A DNA stretch of 64,000 nt from Terriglobia bacterium (GCA_963738555.1 CAVTXN010000032.1:25270-89269), one strand, 5' to 3'. Positions 45,558 through 61,688 are shown, numbered from the stretch's first letter. Program-made: numbers and translations. The notes: a model not told the origin generated them from the letters alone.

Positions 45558-47630
45558 TCACGCTCGTATCTTGAAGCGAAACTGCATATTTTCACTGAAC
45601 CACTGTATGTAGTTGGTACCCCATCCATTGTTGAAGAGGCTGAAGTGAATGCCTTTCGCTAAGTCCGGCTGCGACCTGGAGAAGTATATAGGCGTTTTCT
45701 CACCGAGCGATAGCAGGGGCGCATCGAGTGTCTCGATAGAAAAGCGCCCGTGTTCGTCATGATAGGTGAGTTCGTTCGATACCGCGTGCATATGCCGATT
45801 TCCTCCCGGAACAACGTCTTGAGGGGATACAGGTTGCTCCACTTTCTGGAGTTGCCAGTTTCCGGTTTTCGGAGCGAGAGGGTGGAAAGAGAGCCACAAA
45901 GCTTCCGGTAACCGGTTCGCAGGTTTGCCGAACCATGAGAACGTGCAGTCGATAGCCGGCTCAGACTCCGTAAGGACCAGTTCCATATAGATGTCGTCAG
46001 GCCAGGCGGCAACTCCGGAAGCAGGTTCACCCGCTTCCGCGATGTGTAGCTGCGCTACAACCCGCTGTCCAGTTTCGTCAACAGCCGAGAAACAGCTGGT
46101 CATTTTCGTCGTCCATGTATGGCTGCGAGCGCCGAATCTTTCAATATTCGGTTTCCCAAAGTCTTTGGGCGCCCAGTCGGTCTGAACGGTGATGTAGCTG
46201 GCTAAGAATTGGTCGTAATCTTCCTTTGAAAGCGTCTGATAGCTGAACGAGGCTAGTGGATGGTTCGGTGAAGCCCAATCGCGGCCGGAGGATTTGCTTT
46301 GTAATCGCACGATCGCGCCGGTTGACGGATCGAGCGCGACAACGAAGTGTGGGGTTTCGAGAGGTGTTGTCGGGTCGAACGCTTTCAGGCGGCTGGTATC
46401 AGGACGGACTGGCTTCAATCCGGCTATCCGGCGCTGAGCCTCTGCTCGCAGCGGTGGTGGAAGTACAGCAATCCCCGCTTCGATGTCGTTGCGCTTCTCA
46501 ATCCAACTGGCGGTGACCGTTTCATAATTCGGTTTATCCAACATCCGCGCCAACGCCGCGGGCGTGTAGTGATCGAAATCGAGCCAAGTCTTGGTATCGG
46601 TTCCCCATGTGTGTTCCGCGGCCAGACCGAACCTGGCGAGAAAGGCGCGATCCGTCTGATCCGCTGTCTGGAATTTACCCTGCGATATCCAGCTACGCCG
46701 CAAGCGGAGCAGTTCGCGGAAGCGCGCCAGCTTGACAGGATCACTCGCAACGCCATAGATCCAGGTATCGCCAATTTCTTCTGTCACGGCAGGTAAAGAT
46801 GCTTTGTAGGGCTGTACTGCCTCGGCGATCTCCGTGAGGCTGGAAGCGTGGATCGATGCATTCGGAAATTGTTGCTTCAGGCCCGCATAGATCTTGCGGA
46901 CTTCCTCCTCCGTGTGCGGCCCGCTGTTATCGTTGCGCACCTCGACGGCGACGGCCAGGTCGGACGACGGAATCCGCACGATGCCGCCGTAGTCATGCCG
47001 GTGGTAAATCATCACGAGCGAGGAACCGCTTTGACTCTTCCAGATAAATGCTTCAGGCACATCGGGAGGCGTACTGGCCGAGTTCACTCCGATATCGAGA
47101 AGCTTGACGTCGTTCTCAGCCAGCGGATCGATGAGACCACGCGAATGACCTGGAACATCGGTCATCTTGGCTCCGGTTGTTTTGCGTCCAAAGCGCTGGT
47201 CGAGTGATTTGGAAAGGCCGATCAAACCCGCGATCGCCGAACGGTCCAGAAGCTCTGTCTGCCAGCTAAATGGAAGGGCATGCCAAGCAATGTCTCCGCG
47301 TCCGAGAGCTTGCTCCATGCGTTTGCGATTCGCCGCGCTCGACTGTTCCAGATATTCGTAGACCAGCCAGGAGCCGGTTGTCCACACGTAGCGCTCTTCC
47401 CCGGTCTCTCGCAATTTGGCTGCGAGCTCAATAGCGCGGGGGAAGTATTGTTCGAAATACTTGTTTACAACGGCGGCTTGTGTATCGATGAATCCGGCAT
47501 CGAAGTGGCACTTGAACATGACCAGGACGCGCTTGACAGCTGGATCAGATCTGGAAGCGGCATCCTCGGACGCCAGCGCAATCCCTCCCGAGCTTGCGAT
47601 AAGAGATGACACAAACTGGCGCCGGTTCAT
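45558..47630 (-). CDS. GH38-N-terminal-like (DUF5054-like) putative glycoside hydrolase with Tat/Sec-type signal
   Basis: Signal MNRRQFVSSLIASSGGIALA, then VLVMFKCHFDAGFIDT, which resembles the HxD metal site of the GH38/DUF5054 fold. The family assignment is from memory only. Confidence 0.55.
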   Translation of the reverse strand: MNRRQFVSSLIASSGGIALASEDAASRSDPAVKRVLVMFKCHFDAGFIDTQAAVVNKYFEQYFPRAIELAAKLRETGEERYVWTTGSWLVYEYLEQSSAANRKRMEQALGRGDIAWHALPFSWQTELLDRSAIAGLIGLSKSLDQRFGRKTTGAKMTDVPGHSRGLIDPLAENDVKLLDIGVNSASTPPDVPEAFIWKSQSGSSLVMIYHRHDYGGIVRIPSSDLAVAVEVRNDNSGPHTEEEVRKIYAGLKQQFPNASIHASSLTEIAEAVQPYKASLPAVTEEIGDTWIYGVASDPVKLARFRELLRLRRSWISQGKFQTADQTDRAFLARFGLAAEHTWGTDTKTWLDFDHYTPAALARMLDKPNYETVTASWIEKRNDIEAGIAVLPPPLRAEAQRRIAGLKPVRPDTSRLKAFDPTTPLETPHFVVALDPSTGAIVRLQSKSSGRDWASPNHPLASFSYQTLSKEDYDQFLASYITVQTDWAPKDFGKPNIERFGARSHTWTTKMTSCFSAVDETGQRVVAQLHIAEAGEPASGVAAWPDDIYMELVLTESEPAIDCTFSWFGKPANRLPEALWLSFHPLAPKTGNWQLQKVEQPVSPQDVVPGGNRHMHAVSNELTYHDEHGRFSIETLDAPLLSLGEKTPIYFSRSQPDLAKGIHFSLFNNGWGTNYIQWFSENMQFRFKIRA

Positions 47631-47664
47631 GTGTTCAATTTACGTCATACCGCATACTATCTAC

Positions 47665-48138
47665 ATGCGCCGCGCAACCCGAATGGCCTTTTTCGCATAT
47701 GTTTTATTGGCCGCCATGACTTATGGACAGGTTCCGCAAAACAACTCGGACGACGAGGCGATCCGCACGCTTGTTGCAAAGTATATGGAAGCGCGCAATG
47801 GCCGAGATCCGCAAGCTACTCGCGCATTGTTTATCAGCGATGCCGACCAGCTCGTTTCGACAGGCGAGTGGCGCAAAGGAATAGATGCATTGGTGCGTGG
47901 TGCGATGGCGAGTTCTCAGAAGGAGGCCTCTAAGAGTTCCATCACCATTGAATCGATCCGCTTGATTGATCCCGACGTGGCGATAGCCGATGGCCGTTAT
48001 GAAACGATCAGCGCGAGCACTGGCGCGAGCCGGAAGATGTGGACCACATTGGTTGTGAAGCGGGTGGGCTCCGGATGGCGCATTGCTGCCATTCGCAACA
48101 TGCTCCCAACTGCAGCAGCTACACAGAAAACTCATTAG
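47665..48138 (+). CDS. SnoaL/NTF2-like (DUF4440 / SgcJ-EcaC-like) protein with signal peptide
   Basis: Internal ATG 47665 gives MRRATRMAFFAYVLLAAMTYG, then IRTLVAKYMEARNGRDPQA...GWRIAAIRN. The ORF-track start at 47416 overlaps the divergent gene. Confidence 0.6.
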   Translation: MRRATRMAFFAYVLLAAMTYGQVPQNNSDDEAIRTLVAKYMEARNGRDPQATRALFISDADQLVSTGEWRKGIDALVRGAMASSQKEASKSSITIESIRLIDPDVAIADGRYETISASTGASRKMWTTLVVKRVGSGWRIAAIRNMLPTAAATQKTH

Positions 48139-48146
48139 CAGCCGTT

Positions 48147-49114
48147 TAATCGCCTGTCAATTCATTTGGCGGATCGGTTTGCCGTCGAGCCAAGCCAGCA
48201 CGCACTCGACCGTGTCTCGGAAGAAGAGCTTATAGGTATCATTCGTCACATATCCAACGTGAGGAGTTGCGATCACATTTTCGAGTGTGCGAAATGGATG
48301 ATCTGGCGGTAGAGGTTCAGTATCGAAAACGTCGAGAGCCGCACCCGCGATTGCTTTGCGTTGCTAATGCCTTGATGAGCGCCGCTTCGTCTACCAGGGG
48401 ACCGCGAGAGGTGTTGACCAGAATGGCACTTGGTTTCATCAACGAGAGATCGGATGCATCGATGATGCCTTTGGTGCGCTCGCTGAGGACAAGATGGATA
48501 GTGATTATGTCTGATTCTTCGAAAAGCTGTCGCTTCGTAACCAGTTTTGCGCCGTGCTCGCGGGCTTTCACCTCAGTGAGGTTCGTGCTCCAGGCGATGA
48601 CGTTCATGTCGAAGGCATGCGCGTATTTTGCGACGGCGCTGCCGAGTCTTCCAAGGCCCACGATGCCGAGCGTGCGACCTTTCAAGTCACCGCCGATCGT
48701 GGTTTGCCAGCCGCCATTTCGAACCGACAAACACTCTTGCGGCAGATGCTTTACCGACGCCATGAGCAGCGCCCAGGTAAGTTCTGCAGCTCCGTGAGCG
48801 ATGTACCCGGTCGCGCAGACGGTCACTCCGCGTTCTTTAGCGGCGGCAAGATCGATAGAAGCATTACGGGTTCCGGTTGAAACAATCAGTTTCAGATTCG
48901 GCAGTCGCTCAAGCAAAGGGCGTTGCAGAGGCGTCCGTTCGCGCATCACACAGAGAACATCGAAAGGCGCGAGGCGTTCGGCAAGCTGACTCAGATCGGA
49001 GAGATGATCGCGGAAAACAGTCACCTCGGCGCGGCTCTGCACCGCAGACCAATCCGCCATTTGCAGCGCAATGCCCTGATAATCGTCGAGAATCGCTACT
49101 CTCGCAGACGGCAT
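48147..49114 (-). pseudogene. D-isomer-specific 2-hydroxyacid dehydrogenase, reading frame interrupted (+1) near 48345-48352
   Basis: ORF 48317-49114 carries GIVGLGRLGSAVA and NTSRGPLVDEAAL, then ends in nonsense. The family's conserved C-terminus ([36 protein letters not shown]...) continues in the next frame down to the TGA at 48147-48149. Confidence 0.8.
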
Positions 49115-49244
49115 GACATGTTCAACGATGGTGCTGATGTACCCTACTATTTCACCAGACTGTGCTCTTAAACCTCACATACGCCGGGTATTCCGATGTG
49201 CCGCGCGCGTCTCGAAGCCGGTCCGGAGATGATTGACATAACGA

Positions 49245-50687
49245 ATGGCTGAATCTCGAATCACACCAAGAACTCAGGACTTTGCTGCCTGGTACCAAGA
49301 CGTTGTTCTCGAAGGCGACATGGCAGAGCCGGCGGAAATCGTAAAAGGCTGCATGGTCATTAAGCCGAACGGTTATGCCGTTTGGGAGGCTCTGCAACGC
49401 GAGTTCGATATTCGGTTCAAGGATACCGGCCACCAGAATGTGTACTTTCCTCTGCTCATTCCTGAGAGCTTTTTGCACAAAGAAGCGGAGCATGTGGAGG
49501 GTTTCTCACCCGAACTAGCCGTGGTGACTATTGCCGGCGGGAAACAACTGGAAGAACCGTACGTCATCCGACCCACTTCTGAGACGATCATTGGACACTT
49601 CTTCGCGCGCTGGATTCAAAGCTGGCGAGATCTTCCGGTACTGATCAATCAATGGGCAAACGTAGTTCGTTGGGAACTTCGCACGCGTATGTTTTTGCGG
49701 ACGAGCGAATTCCTCTGGCAGGAAGGACACACAGCGCATAGCTCGCATGATGAGGCATTGGAGGAAGTGCTTCGAATTCTCGACATCTATGCCGAGGTTG
49801 CCGAGAATGTTATGGCAATGCCTGTCATCAAAGGCATGAAAACCGCCGGTGAAAAATTCGCCGGGGCGCTGCGCAGCTATTCCATTGAAGCGATGATGCA
49901 GAATGGACTGGCGCTCCAGGCCGGCACGAGCCACGATCTCGGACAAAATTTCGGCCGCGCCTTTAATGTGCAGTTCCAGACTACTGAAGGCAAGCTGGAC
50001 TATGTTTGGCAGACGAGTTGGGGCGTCAGCACCAGGCTAATTGGGGGACTTATTATGACGCATTCCGACGATAAAGGACTCGTCCTGCCCCCGAGAGTCG
50101 CACCTTTTAGAGCTGCCCTCGTGCCAATCTATCGGAAAGAGGAAGAGCGGGGACCGGTCCTCGAAAGAGCCAGACAGATCGCGAAAGACCTGAAAATCAA
50201 GCTCGATGATCGTGAAGGGCAAACACCCGGAGCGAAATTCTTTCATTGGGAGCGCCGCGGAATGCCCGTAGTTCTCGAGTTGGGGCCCCGCGATCTGGCG
50301 TCCGGAAACATAGTGCTGAAACGCCGCGACACGGGCGCAAAAGAAGCTGTTCCGCAAGAGCAGCTCCCCTCGAAGCTCGAATCCGTATTGTCCAATATCC
50401 AGCAGAGCTTGTATGATTCCGCGAAAGAACGCCTCAAAGCAAACTCCGTGCTGGCGAATTCGATGGAAGAAGTCGAGGAAATTCTTGGAGACGTAACAGC
50501 GGAAAAGGGTGGCGGCAAATTTGTGCTCGCCCACCTAAAGGATGACCCGCGATGTGAGGCGCGCCTAAAAGAATTCAAGGCGACGATCCGCTGTATTCCG
50601 CTGGTTGACGAATGGGATGGCGCAGGTAAGTGCATCATCACCGGAGAACGAGTCAACCAGCGCGTTGTGATCGCCAAATCTTACTGA
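49245..50687 (+). CDS. proS: Proline--tRNA ligase (short, archaeal/eukaryote-like type)
   Basis: About 480 aa with an N-terminal FAAWYQDVV....MAE....[14 protein letters not shown] and class II motifs. It lacks the bacterial INS editing domain. Confidence 0.9.
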   Translation: MAESRITPRTQDFAAWYQDVVLEGDMAEPAEIVKGCMVIKPNGYAVWEALQREFDIRFKDTGHQNVYFPLLIPESFLHKEAEHVEGFSPELAVVTIAGGKQLEEPYVIRPTSETIIGHFFARWIQSWRDLPVLINQWANVVRWELRTRMFLRTSEFLWQEGHTAHSSHDEALEEVLRILDIYAEVAENVMAMPVIKGMKTAGEKFAGALRSYSIEAMMQNGLALQAGTSHDLGQNFGRAFNVQFQTTEGKLDYVWQTSWGVSTRLIGGLIMTHSDDKGLVLPPRVAPFRAALVPIYRKEEERGPVLERARQIAKDLKIKLDDREGQTPGAKFFHWERRGMPVVLELGPRDLASGNIVLKRRDTGAKEAVPQEQLPSKLESVLSNIQQSLYDSAKERLKANSVLANSMEEVEEILGDVTAEKGGGKFVLAHLKDDPRCEARLKEFKATIRCIPLVDEWDGAGKCIITGERVNQRVVIAKSY

Positions 50688-50760
50688 AAAAAGCTTCGCC
50701 GCAAAGGCGGATTACACGTGGCCGGTCCGCTCTGTTCGAGACCGGCCCCACAATGAGATA

Positions 50761-51825
50761 TCAGAGCCGGGCCGAAGCTGTCGTCGAGCGCGTTTGCTCG
50801 GGTGAACTCTCCTCTTCTTCCATGTGCGTGAATCTCTGGCTTCGGTGCAGATAGTAGTAGACGCACAATAACGTCAACATGAAGAGCGCCAGGATCACCA
50901 TCACTGTGGCGAAGCGCTCGAGCTGTCGGATGGGCGCAGCAGCCTGATGCTCTTCCTGCGTAATTGTCACCACCCAACCCATATTCGGGAAAGTCTGCTT
51001 TAGACCTGTGCTGGCGTATCCCACAATGTAAGGACCCCGTGCGAGGGCCGCCGTAACCCAGCCGCTCTGGCTGCCTTGATTAGAGCCAAGCGCGTCGTGG
51101 ACGTAATCGAATTCCTCAGATTTAATGCGAGCGAATACATCCGCGTTGGGAGCGCTCACAACGTTGCCGTCGTCGTTGACCAACGCCACCTTTGCGCCGT
51201 TTCCTATCTGATCCTGCCGGAAAGGCGCAAGAAGATCAGAGAGGCTCACGGCGGCGTTCAAAACCCCCACAGTCTTGCCGGTTTGGTCAGTGATGGGGAC
51301 GCCAATGTTCGCATAGTATGACTTGGTGAAGGGATCATCGACGATCCCGCTGATCTTGGTCGCGCCTTGTCCGTTGTTATAGACCGCTTGCCATTGCGCA
51401 TCCTGGGCATATGAAGTTTGCGCAGGGCGCTGCGAGGACGCAACGACGGTGCCGTCGGCGTTCGTGGCAATAATGGAGAGAAACCTCGGATCGAGCGACT
51501 TGTGCAGGCGGAGTATCTGCGAAGCGCTCGAATCCAGGGTAACTTGAGCCGACTTCTTTCCCGTGGCGCCAGACACCGCGCTCACTATATCCGAATCGTT
51601 GGCGAGTCCCATGACATCAGTGATCCGCTCACGAATGAACTGCGTCACTTGGCCGGCGTAGAGCTGGGCCATCGTCTTGAAGTTCGATCCTACCGCGTTA
51701 TCGAGAGCTTTATCACTGCGCTGGGTGAGAGCAAGCCCGATGATACTCAAGGGAACAATAATGATTATCAAAGCAAGCAGAAGCTTGGTAAGGGAAACGC
51801 GCACTTCCATCCGATCCATCGACAT
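50761..51825 (-). CDS. Membrane protein with a periplasmic double-Cache-like sensor domain and no recognisable output domain
   Basis: Start ATG 51825 (GGAGG upstream). TM1 is LLLALIIIIVPLSIIGLAL, followed by a ~290-aa extracytoplasmic region, then TM2 (VMVILALFMLTLLCVYYYL) and only ~30 cytoplasmic residues. Confidence 0.55.
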   Translation of the reverse strand: MSMDRMEVRVSLTKLLLALIIIIVPLSIIGLALTQRSDKALDNAVGSNFKTMAQLYAGQVTQFIRERITDVMGLANDSDIVSAVSGATGKKSAQVTLDSSASQILRLHKSLDPRFLSIIATNADGTVVASSQRPAQTSYAQDAQWQAVYNNGQGATKISGIVDDPFTKSYYANIGVPITDQTGKTVGVLNAAVSLSDLLAPFRQDQIGNGAKVALVNDDGNVVSAPNADVFARIKSEEFDYVHDALGSNQGSQSGWVTAALARGPYIVGYASTGLKQTFPNMGWVVTITQEEHQAAAPIRQLERFATVMVILALFMLTLLCVYYYLHRSQRFTHMEEEESSPEQTRSTTASARL

Positions 51826-51980
51826 GATGAAACCTCCTCTCAGTCGTTCCAAAGAGGGCCATCGCCGGGTCGCGGCTTGCGAGTGACCGCCAGTCGTGCT
51901 CGACCAACACTGGCCGCTCACGTCTAGATCATATTACAAATCGGTTAGACCGGTACACCACTCCGGACGACTGCACACAA

Positions 51981-52010
51981 GAAAAAGGCGGCCCTGTAGA
52001 AAGCCGCCTT
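51981..52010 (-). terminator. Rho-independent terminator downstream of rpoC
   Basis: The minus strand reads AAGGCGGC-tttctacagg-GCCGCCTT followed by TTTTCTTGTG, 28 nt after the rpoC stop. Confidence 0.65.
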
Positions 52011-52037
52011 CCATTAGATAACGGTGCTGTGAACCGG

Positions 52038-55000
52038 TTACGCCTCTTCCGGCGCGCCCAGGATCTCTTCCGCTCCAAGATCCTCAGATAAACCACCGGT
52101 GTAAATGCCTGGAGTATCGTCTGAGTAGTCCGCGAGCCCGTCCGCATACGAGACTTCCTGCTCCGGAGCTGCCTCTTCTTCGACTACATCTTCGCCTGCG
52201 ATCTTCACTCGCCGGTAATACTCCATGCCGGTTCCTGCGGGAATCAGCCGGCCCATGATGACATTCTCCTTGAGACCACGCAGATAATCGACCTTGCCGT
52301 TGATAGCGGCTTCGGTTAGCACGCGCGTGGTTTCCTGGAAGCTCGCGGCCGAGATGAACGAATCGGTCGAGAGCGAGGCCTTGGTGATACCAAGCAGGAT
52401 TGGCTTACCAGCCGCCGGGCGACCACCCGCCTCCACTACGCGGGTATTCTCCTCGCGGAATTTGAATTTATCGACAACCTCCTCGGGCAGGAACTCCGTG
52501 TCGCCGATGTCTTCGATCCGAACCCAGCGCATCATCTGACGCGAAATGACTTCCAGGTGCTTGTCATTGATGTTGACGCCCTGCAGACGGTAGACTTCCT
52601 GGATCTCATTCACCAGGTACTTCTGCAGTTCCTTCTCGCCAAGCACCGACAGGATATCGTGCGGATTGCGCGGGCCATCCATCAACGGATCGCCGGAACG
52701 CACGCGCTCACCTTCCTGAACATTGATGTGCACGCCGCGCGGGATCGAGTATTCCTTCTGTATCCCGTCGTCCCCCGTGATATACAGCTTGCGCATTCCT
52801 TTGGTAACTTCGCCGTACTTCACGTTGCCGTTAATTTCAGCGATAATCGCCGTTTCGCGAGGCTTGCGAGCTTCAAACAGCTCGACCACGCGTGGCAGAC
52901 CGCCGGTAATATCTTTGGTCTTGGTAGTAGCGCGCGGTATTTTGGCGATGACGTCGCCCGCGTGCAATTCTTCGCCATCGGTCACCATGAGGTGAGCGTG
53001 GGTAGGCATCAGATATCGCTTTTCCTCCGAACGCCCGCCGCCTGCCGGCCGCATGATCACGGTCGGGAAGCGCTTCTCATCGGCGGATTCGGTGACTACT
53101 ACCTGCATATTGCCGGTGATCTCATCCACCTGCTCTTGCGTCGTGATGCCGTCGATTAAATCCTTGAAGTGAACAGTTCCGCTGACCTCCGTCAAAATCG
53201 AGAAGGTATACGGATCCCATTCCAGCAGGATCTGGTTCGCTTTGACCGGAGCATTTTCTTCGACGTTGATTTTCGCGCCGTATACGACCGGATAACGCTC
53301 GCGTTCACGGTTCTTCTCATCAACGATGATCAAAATACCGTTGCGGTTCATCGCGATCAATTCGCCCTTGTTGTTGCGAACCGTATTAACATTGCTGAAG
53401 CGCACGAAACCGTCGCTCTTCGCGTCCTGTGTGGACTGCTCGCTGACGCGCGTGGCAGCGCCGCCGATGTGGAAAGTACGCATCGTGAGCTGCGTGCCGG
53501 GCTCGCCAATCGATTGCGCCGAGATGATACCTACCGCTTCGCCGCGTTCCACCATGCGGCCCGTTGCGAGGTTACGGCCGTAGCACAGACGGCACACACC
53601 GCGCTTCGATTCGCAGGTTAGTACCGAACGAATTTTCACCCGTTCGATACCTGCAGCCTGAATCGCGCTGGCAAGTTCTTCGGTGATCTCCTGGTTGACT
53701 TGGACGATTACATTATTCTCGTAGTCGCGTTGATCCTCGAGCGCCACGCGCCCTACGATACGATCGCGTAACGGCTCGATGATCTCGCCCGACTCGATAA
53801 TCGGCTCTACATAGATACCGTCCGTAGTGCCGCAATCATCTTCCGTGATGATGACGTCTTGCGCCACGTCACACAGGCGGCGCGTCAGATAGCCGGAATC
53901 GGCCGTTTTGAGAGCCGTGTCGGCCAAACCCTTACGAGCGCCGTGGGTCGAGATGAAGTACTGCAACACGTCCAGGCCTTCGCGGAAATTTGCGGTGATC
54001 GGCTGCTCAATGATCTCGCCCGAGGGCTTGGCCATCAAACCGCGCATACCGGAAAGCTGGCGAATCTGCTGCTTGGAACCGCGAGCTCCGGAATCCGCCA
54101 TGATGTAAATCGGGTTCAGGATGCGGCCCGTTCGATCATCTTCTTCGAGGTTCTTGAATAGTTTGTCTGAAATGGCCTCCGTAACCTTCGACCAGATTTC
54201 GATGATCTTGTTGTAGCGTTCAGACTGAGTAATTGCGCCTTCCTGATACTGCTGCTGAACTTCGATCACCTGCTTTTCAGCATCGTGAACCAGGCCAGCC
54301 TTCTCTTCGGGCACGACCATATCGTCGATGCCGATGGAGATACCGGCACGGGTAGCGTACAGGAAGCCCAGCTTCTTCACTTCATCGAGCATCTGGACCG
54401 TGGTCTGCAATCCGAACTTCAGATAGCAGTACTGCACGAGTTGTCCGAGACCCTTTTTCTTCAGAAGACCGTTGATGAACGGCATTTCCTTCGGCAGGAC
54501 ATCATTCAGGATGACGCGGCCGACCGTCGTGTCCATATACTGCTTGTTGAACTCGATCGGCTCGGTGTACATGATGTTCTGGTTATCGAACGCCTTGGTC
54601 AGATCGATAACTCTGCCGGTATAGCGCAGCTTGATGGCGGTAAGCGTTTCAACTTCACCCATTTCGAGCGCGATCAAAACATCTTCCATCGAGGCGAACG
54701 TCCGCCCTGAGCCTTTCGCATTCGGACGCATCTTGGTCAGGTAATAGAGACCAAGCACCATATCCTGAGTCGGAATGGCGATCGGAGCGCCATGCGCGGG
54801 CGACAGAATGTTGTTGGAAGCGAGCATCAGGGTAGAGGCTTCGATCTGCGCTTCTGGTGAAAGCGGAATGTGAACGGCCATCTGGTCGCCGTCGAAGTCC
54901 GCATTGAATGCCGTACAAGTCAGGGGGTGCAGCTTAATCGCTTTCCCTTCAACAAGCACGGGTTCGAACGCCTGGATACCCAGACGGTGCAGTGTGGGCG

Positions 55001-56276
55001 CTCGATTGAGCAGGATGGGGTGATCTTTGATGACTTCTTCCAGGATGTCCCAGACCACGGGATCCTGCTGCTCGACCAGTTCCTTGGCCTGCTTGATCGT
55101 CGTGCAATGACCGCGCTGCTCGAGCCGGTGATAGATAAACGGCTTGAAAAGCTCCAGCGCCATCTTTTTCGGTAGCCCGCACTGGTGCAGTTTGAGCTCC
55201 GGACCGACAACAATGACAGAACGGCCCGAGTAATCGACGCGCTTTCCGAGAAGGTTCTGACGGAAGCGGCCCTGTTTTCCCTTGAGGGTATCGGACAGCG
55301 ATTTCAGCGGGCGATTGTTGGCGCCGCGCAGCACACGGCCGCGGCGGCCGTTGTCGAACAGGGCATCCACAGCCTCCTGCAACATGCGCTTTTCGTTGCG
55401 CACAATCACGTCAGGGGCATGCAGCTCCATCAGCTTCTTCAAGCGATTATTGCGATTGATAACGCGCCGGTACAGATCGTTGAGGTCGGACGTTGCAAAG
55501 CGCCCGCCATCGAGCGGCACCAGCGGGCGAAGCTCCGGAGGAATGACCGGGATTACGTCCAGAATCATCCACTCCGGTTTATTACCTGACTTGCGAAAAC
55601 TCTCGACCACCCGTAAGCGCTTCGCATACTTCAGCTTCTTTTGAGCCGAAGTCTCGGTCTTCATCTTTTCCCGAATCTCCTGCGAGAGAGATTCGACATC
55701 GATCTTCTTAAGAAGTTCTTTGACGCCTTCGGCTCCCATCATGGCGACAAATTTGCCGGGGAACTCCTGGTCAAGTTGGCGTTTTCGCTCGTCGCTGATG
55801 ACTTCGCCCTGCATCAGGCCCGTGCCTTCGCCCGGGTCGATAACGACGAACGCTTCGTAATAGAGTACGCGCTCGAGCTCACGCAGAGTGATGTCGAGCA
55901 GGTAACCGATGCGGCTTGGCAATCCTTTGAAAAACCAAACATGCGACGAAGAACTGGCAAGCTCTATATGGCCCAGCCGCTCACGGCGCACCCGGGATAA
56001 AGTAACTTCTACACCGCACTTATCGCAGATTACGCCGCGATGCTTCATGCGCTTGTATTTACCGCAGAGACATTCCCAATCGGCCACGGGGCCGAAAATG
56101 CGCGCGCAGAACAGTCCGTCGCGCTCAGGTTTGAAAGTGCGGTAATTGATGGTCTCCGGCTTGGTCACTTCACCGTGTGACCAGCTCCGGATTTTTTCCG
56201 GAGAGGCCAAACTGATTCGAATCGAATCGAAGTCGGCAATGAGATTGGCTCTGTCGTACGGAGAGGAACGATACAT
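52038..56276 (-). CDS. rpoC: DNA-directed RNA polymerase subunit beta'
   Basis: Zn-binding CLCGKYK...CDKCG, catalytic NADFDGD, and a trigger-loop region with an SI3-like insertion. 1412 aa. Confidence 0.98.
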   Translation of the reverse strand: MYRSSPYDRANLIADFDSIRISLASPEKIRSWSHGEVTKPETINYRTFKPERDGLFCARIFGPVADWECLCGKYKRMKHRGVICDKCGVEVTLSRVRRERLGHIELASSSSHVWFFKGLPSRIGYLLDITLRELERVLYYEAFVVIDPGEGTGLMQGEVISDERKRQLDQEFPGKFVAMMGAEGVKELLKKIDVESLSQEIREKMKTETSAQKKLKYAKRLRVVESFRKSGNKPEWMILDVIPVIPPELRPLVPLDGGRFATSDLNDLYRRVINRNNRLKKLMELHAPDVIVRNEKRMLQEAVDALFDNGRRGRVLRGANNRPLKSLSDTLKGKQGRFRQNLLGKRVDYSGRSVIVVGPELKLHQCGLPKKMALELFKPFIYHRLEQRGHCTTIKQAKELVEQQDPVVWDILEEVIKDHPILLNRAPTLHRLGIQAFEPVLVEGKAIKLHPLTCTAFNADFDGDQMAVHIPLSPEAQIEASTLMLASNNILSPAHGAPIAIPTQDMVLGLYYLTKMRPNAKGSGRTFASMEDVLIALEMGEVETLTAIKLRYTGRVIDLTKAFDNQNIMYTEPIEFNKQYMDTTVGRVILNDVLPKEMPFINGLLKKKGLGQLVQYCYLKFGLQTTVQMLDEVKKLGFLYATRAGISIGIDDMVVPEEKAGLVHDAEKQVIEVQQQYQEGAITQSERYNKIIEIWSKVTEAISDKLFKNLEEDDRTGRILNPIYIMADSGARGSKQQIRQLSGMRGLMAKPSGEIIEQPITANFREGLDVLQYFISTHGARKGLADTALKTADSGYLTRRLCDVAQDVIITEDDCGTTDGIYVEPIIESGEIIEPLRDRIVGRVALEDQRDYENNVIVQVNQEITEELASAIQAAGIERVKIRSVLTCESKRGVCRLCYGRNLATGRMVERGEAVGIISAQSIGEPGTQLTMRTFHIGGAATRVSEQSTQDAKSDGFVRFSNVNTVRNNKGELIAMNRNGILIIVDEKNRERERYPVVYGAKINVEENAPVKANQILLEWDPYTFSILTEVSGTVHFKDLIDGITTQEQVDEITGNMQVVVTESADEKRFPTVIMRPAGGGRSEEKRYLMPTHAHLMVTDGEELHAGDVIAKIPRATTKTKDITGGLPRVVELFEARKPRETAIIAEINGNVKYGEVTKGMRKLYITGDDGIQKEYSIPRGVHINVQEGERVRSGDPLMDGPRNPHDILSVLGEKELQKYLVNEIQEVYRLQGVNINDKHLEVISRQMMRWVRIEDIGDTEFLPEEVVDKFKFREENTRVVEAGGRPAAGKPILLGITKASLSTDSFISAASFQETTRVLTEAAINGKVDYLRGLKENVIMGRLIPAGTGMEYYRRVKIAGEDVVEEEAAPEQEVSYADGLADYSDDTPGIYTGGLSEDLGAEEILGAPEEA

Positions 56277-56323
56277 GAATTGTCCTTAAATTCCTTATTC
56301 GTAACAGCCCGTTTCTAACTACT

Positions 56324-56360
56324 GCGAGCGGAACGTGGGGGCACAGCACGCCCCGCTCGC
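56324..56360 (-). other. Stem-loop in the rpoB-rpoC spacer
   Basis: GCGAGCGG ... CCGCTCGC (8 bp) enclosing an inner CGTG...CACG helix. There is no U-tract, so it is not called as a terminator. Confidence 0.3.
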
Positions 56361-56368
56361 GATCTCCA

Positions 56369-60673
<4,305 letters not shown>

Positions 60674-61176
60674 CTACGCTTGTCCTTTAGGAAGCAATGA
60701 CTTGAGTGACGGCATTAGCACACTCTACAGACAGCCGGGCCGAGCTTCGCGGAAGCTGCGACCATCAGGGGTGAACCGGGCGATTGACTAGCACATTTCG
60801 GCGCGCGGCCAAAACCAGGCTCGCGGCACGGGATGCAAAATCCATGAGAAATAACGCAGGCGAAAACAACAATGTTCGTGGAGACCCTTCAAGAAATTCT
60901 GGGATCGTTTTGGAATCTCTGATCAACGAAGGAAAGACCTGTTTAGTCAATAGAAACCCGGGCACGACAAATCTCCCGTCAACCTACCGAAGGCTGCGGG
61001 AGAACTTACAACACTGATTTAATCGATACGATGCTGGACCGTCCCGGCTCGACGTCTTCTTAATACTAACACAATTCCAGCCGGCCACGGGATCGCCGGA
61101 GCCGGCCACAAAAACCAAGCATCCGAGATGCCACCCGGAAGCTTGCATCCAATATTGCTGAGTAAGGTATATTACT

Positions 61177-61560
61177 TTACTTTACCTCGACCGTGGCACC
61201 GGCGTCCACGAACTTCTTCTTAATGGACTCGGCCTCATCCTTGTTAACGCCTTCCTTGATCGGCTTCGGAGCGCCGTCAACCAGATCCTTGGCTTCTTTT
61301 AGGCCGAGACTCGTGACTTCACGGACTGCCTTGATAACGTTGATCTTATTAGCACCGACGGCTGTCAGAACCACCGTGAACTCTGTCTTCTCTTCAGCCG
61401 GAGCCGCAGCAGCCCCGCCGCCCGCCGCAGGTGCCGCAACGGCAACGGATGCCGCAGCCGCCGATACTCCTAACTTCTCTTCGAGCAATTTGACAAGCTG
61501 TGATGCTTCCAGCAGGGTCAGTCCCTGGATTTGCTCTGCAATTGCGTTGATGTCCGCCAT
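61177..61560 (-). CDS. rplL: 50S ribosomal protein L7/L12
   Basis: 127 aa with an Ala-rich hinge and the C-terminal domain [28 protein letters not shown]. Confidence 0.95.
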   Translation of the reverse strand: MADINAIAEQIQGLTLLEASQLVKLLEEKLGVSAAAASVAVAAPAAGGGAAAAPAEEKTEFTVVLTAVGANKINVIKAVREVTSLGLKEAKDLVDGAPKPIKEGVNKDEAESIKKKFVDAGATVEVK

Positions 61561-61688
61561 TTTTCCTTTTCCTACTCTCTATTTGTTTCAATTCACGGGC
61601 AAAGCAATGCCCTGCTCTTCTTGAATCTTCAGTTCGCTAAGAACTGACCTCATCCTCGTAAACATTCGGCTCGCTGAGAACCGCGGCC

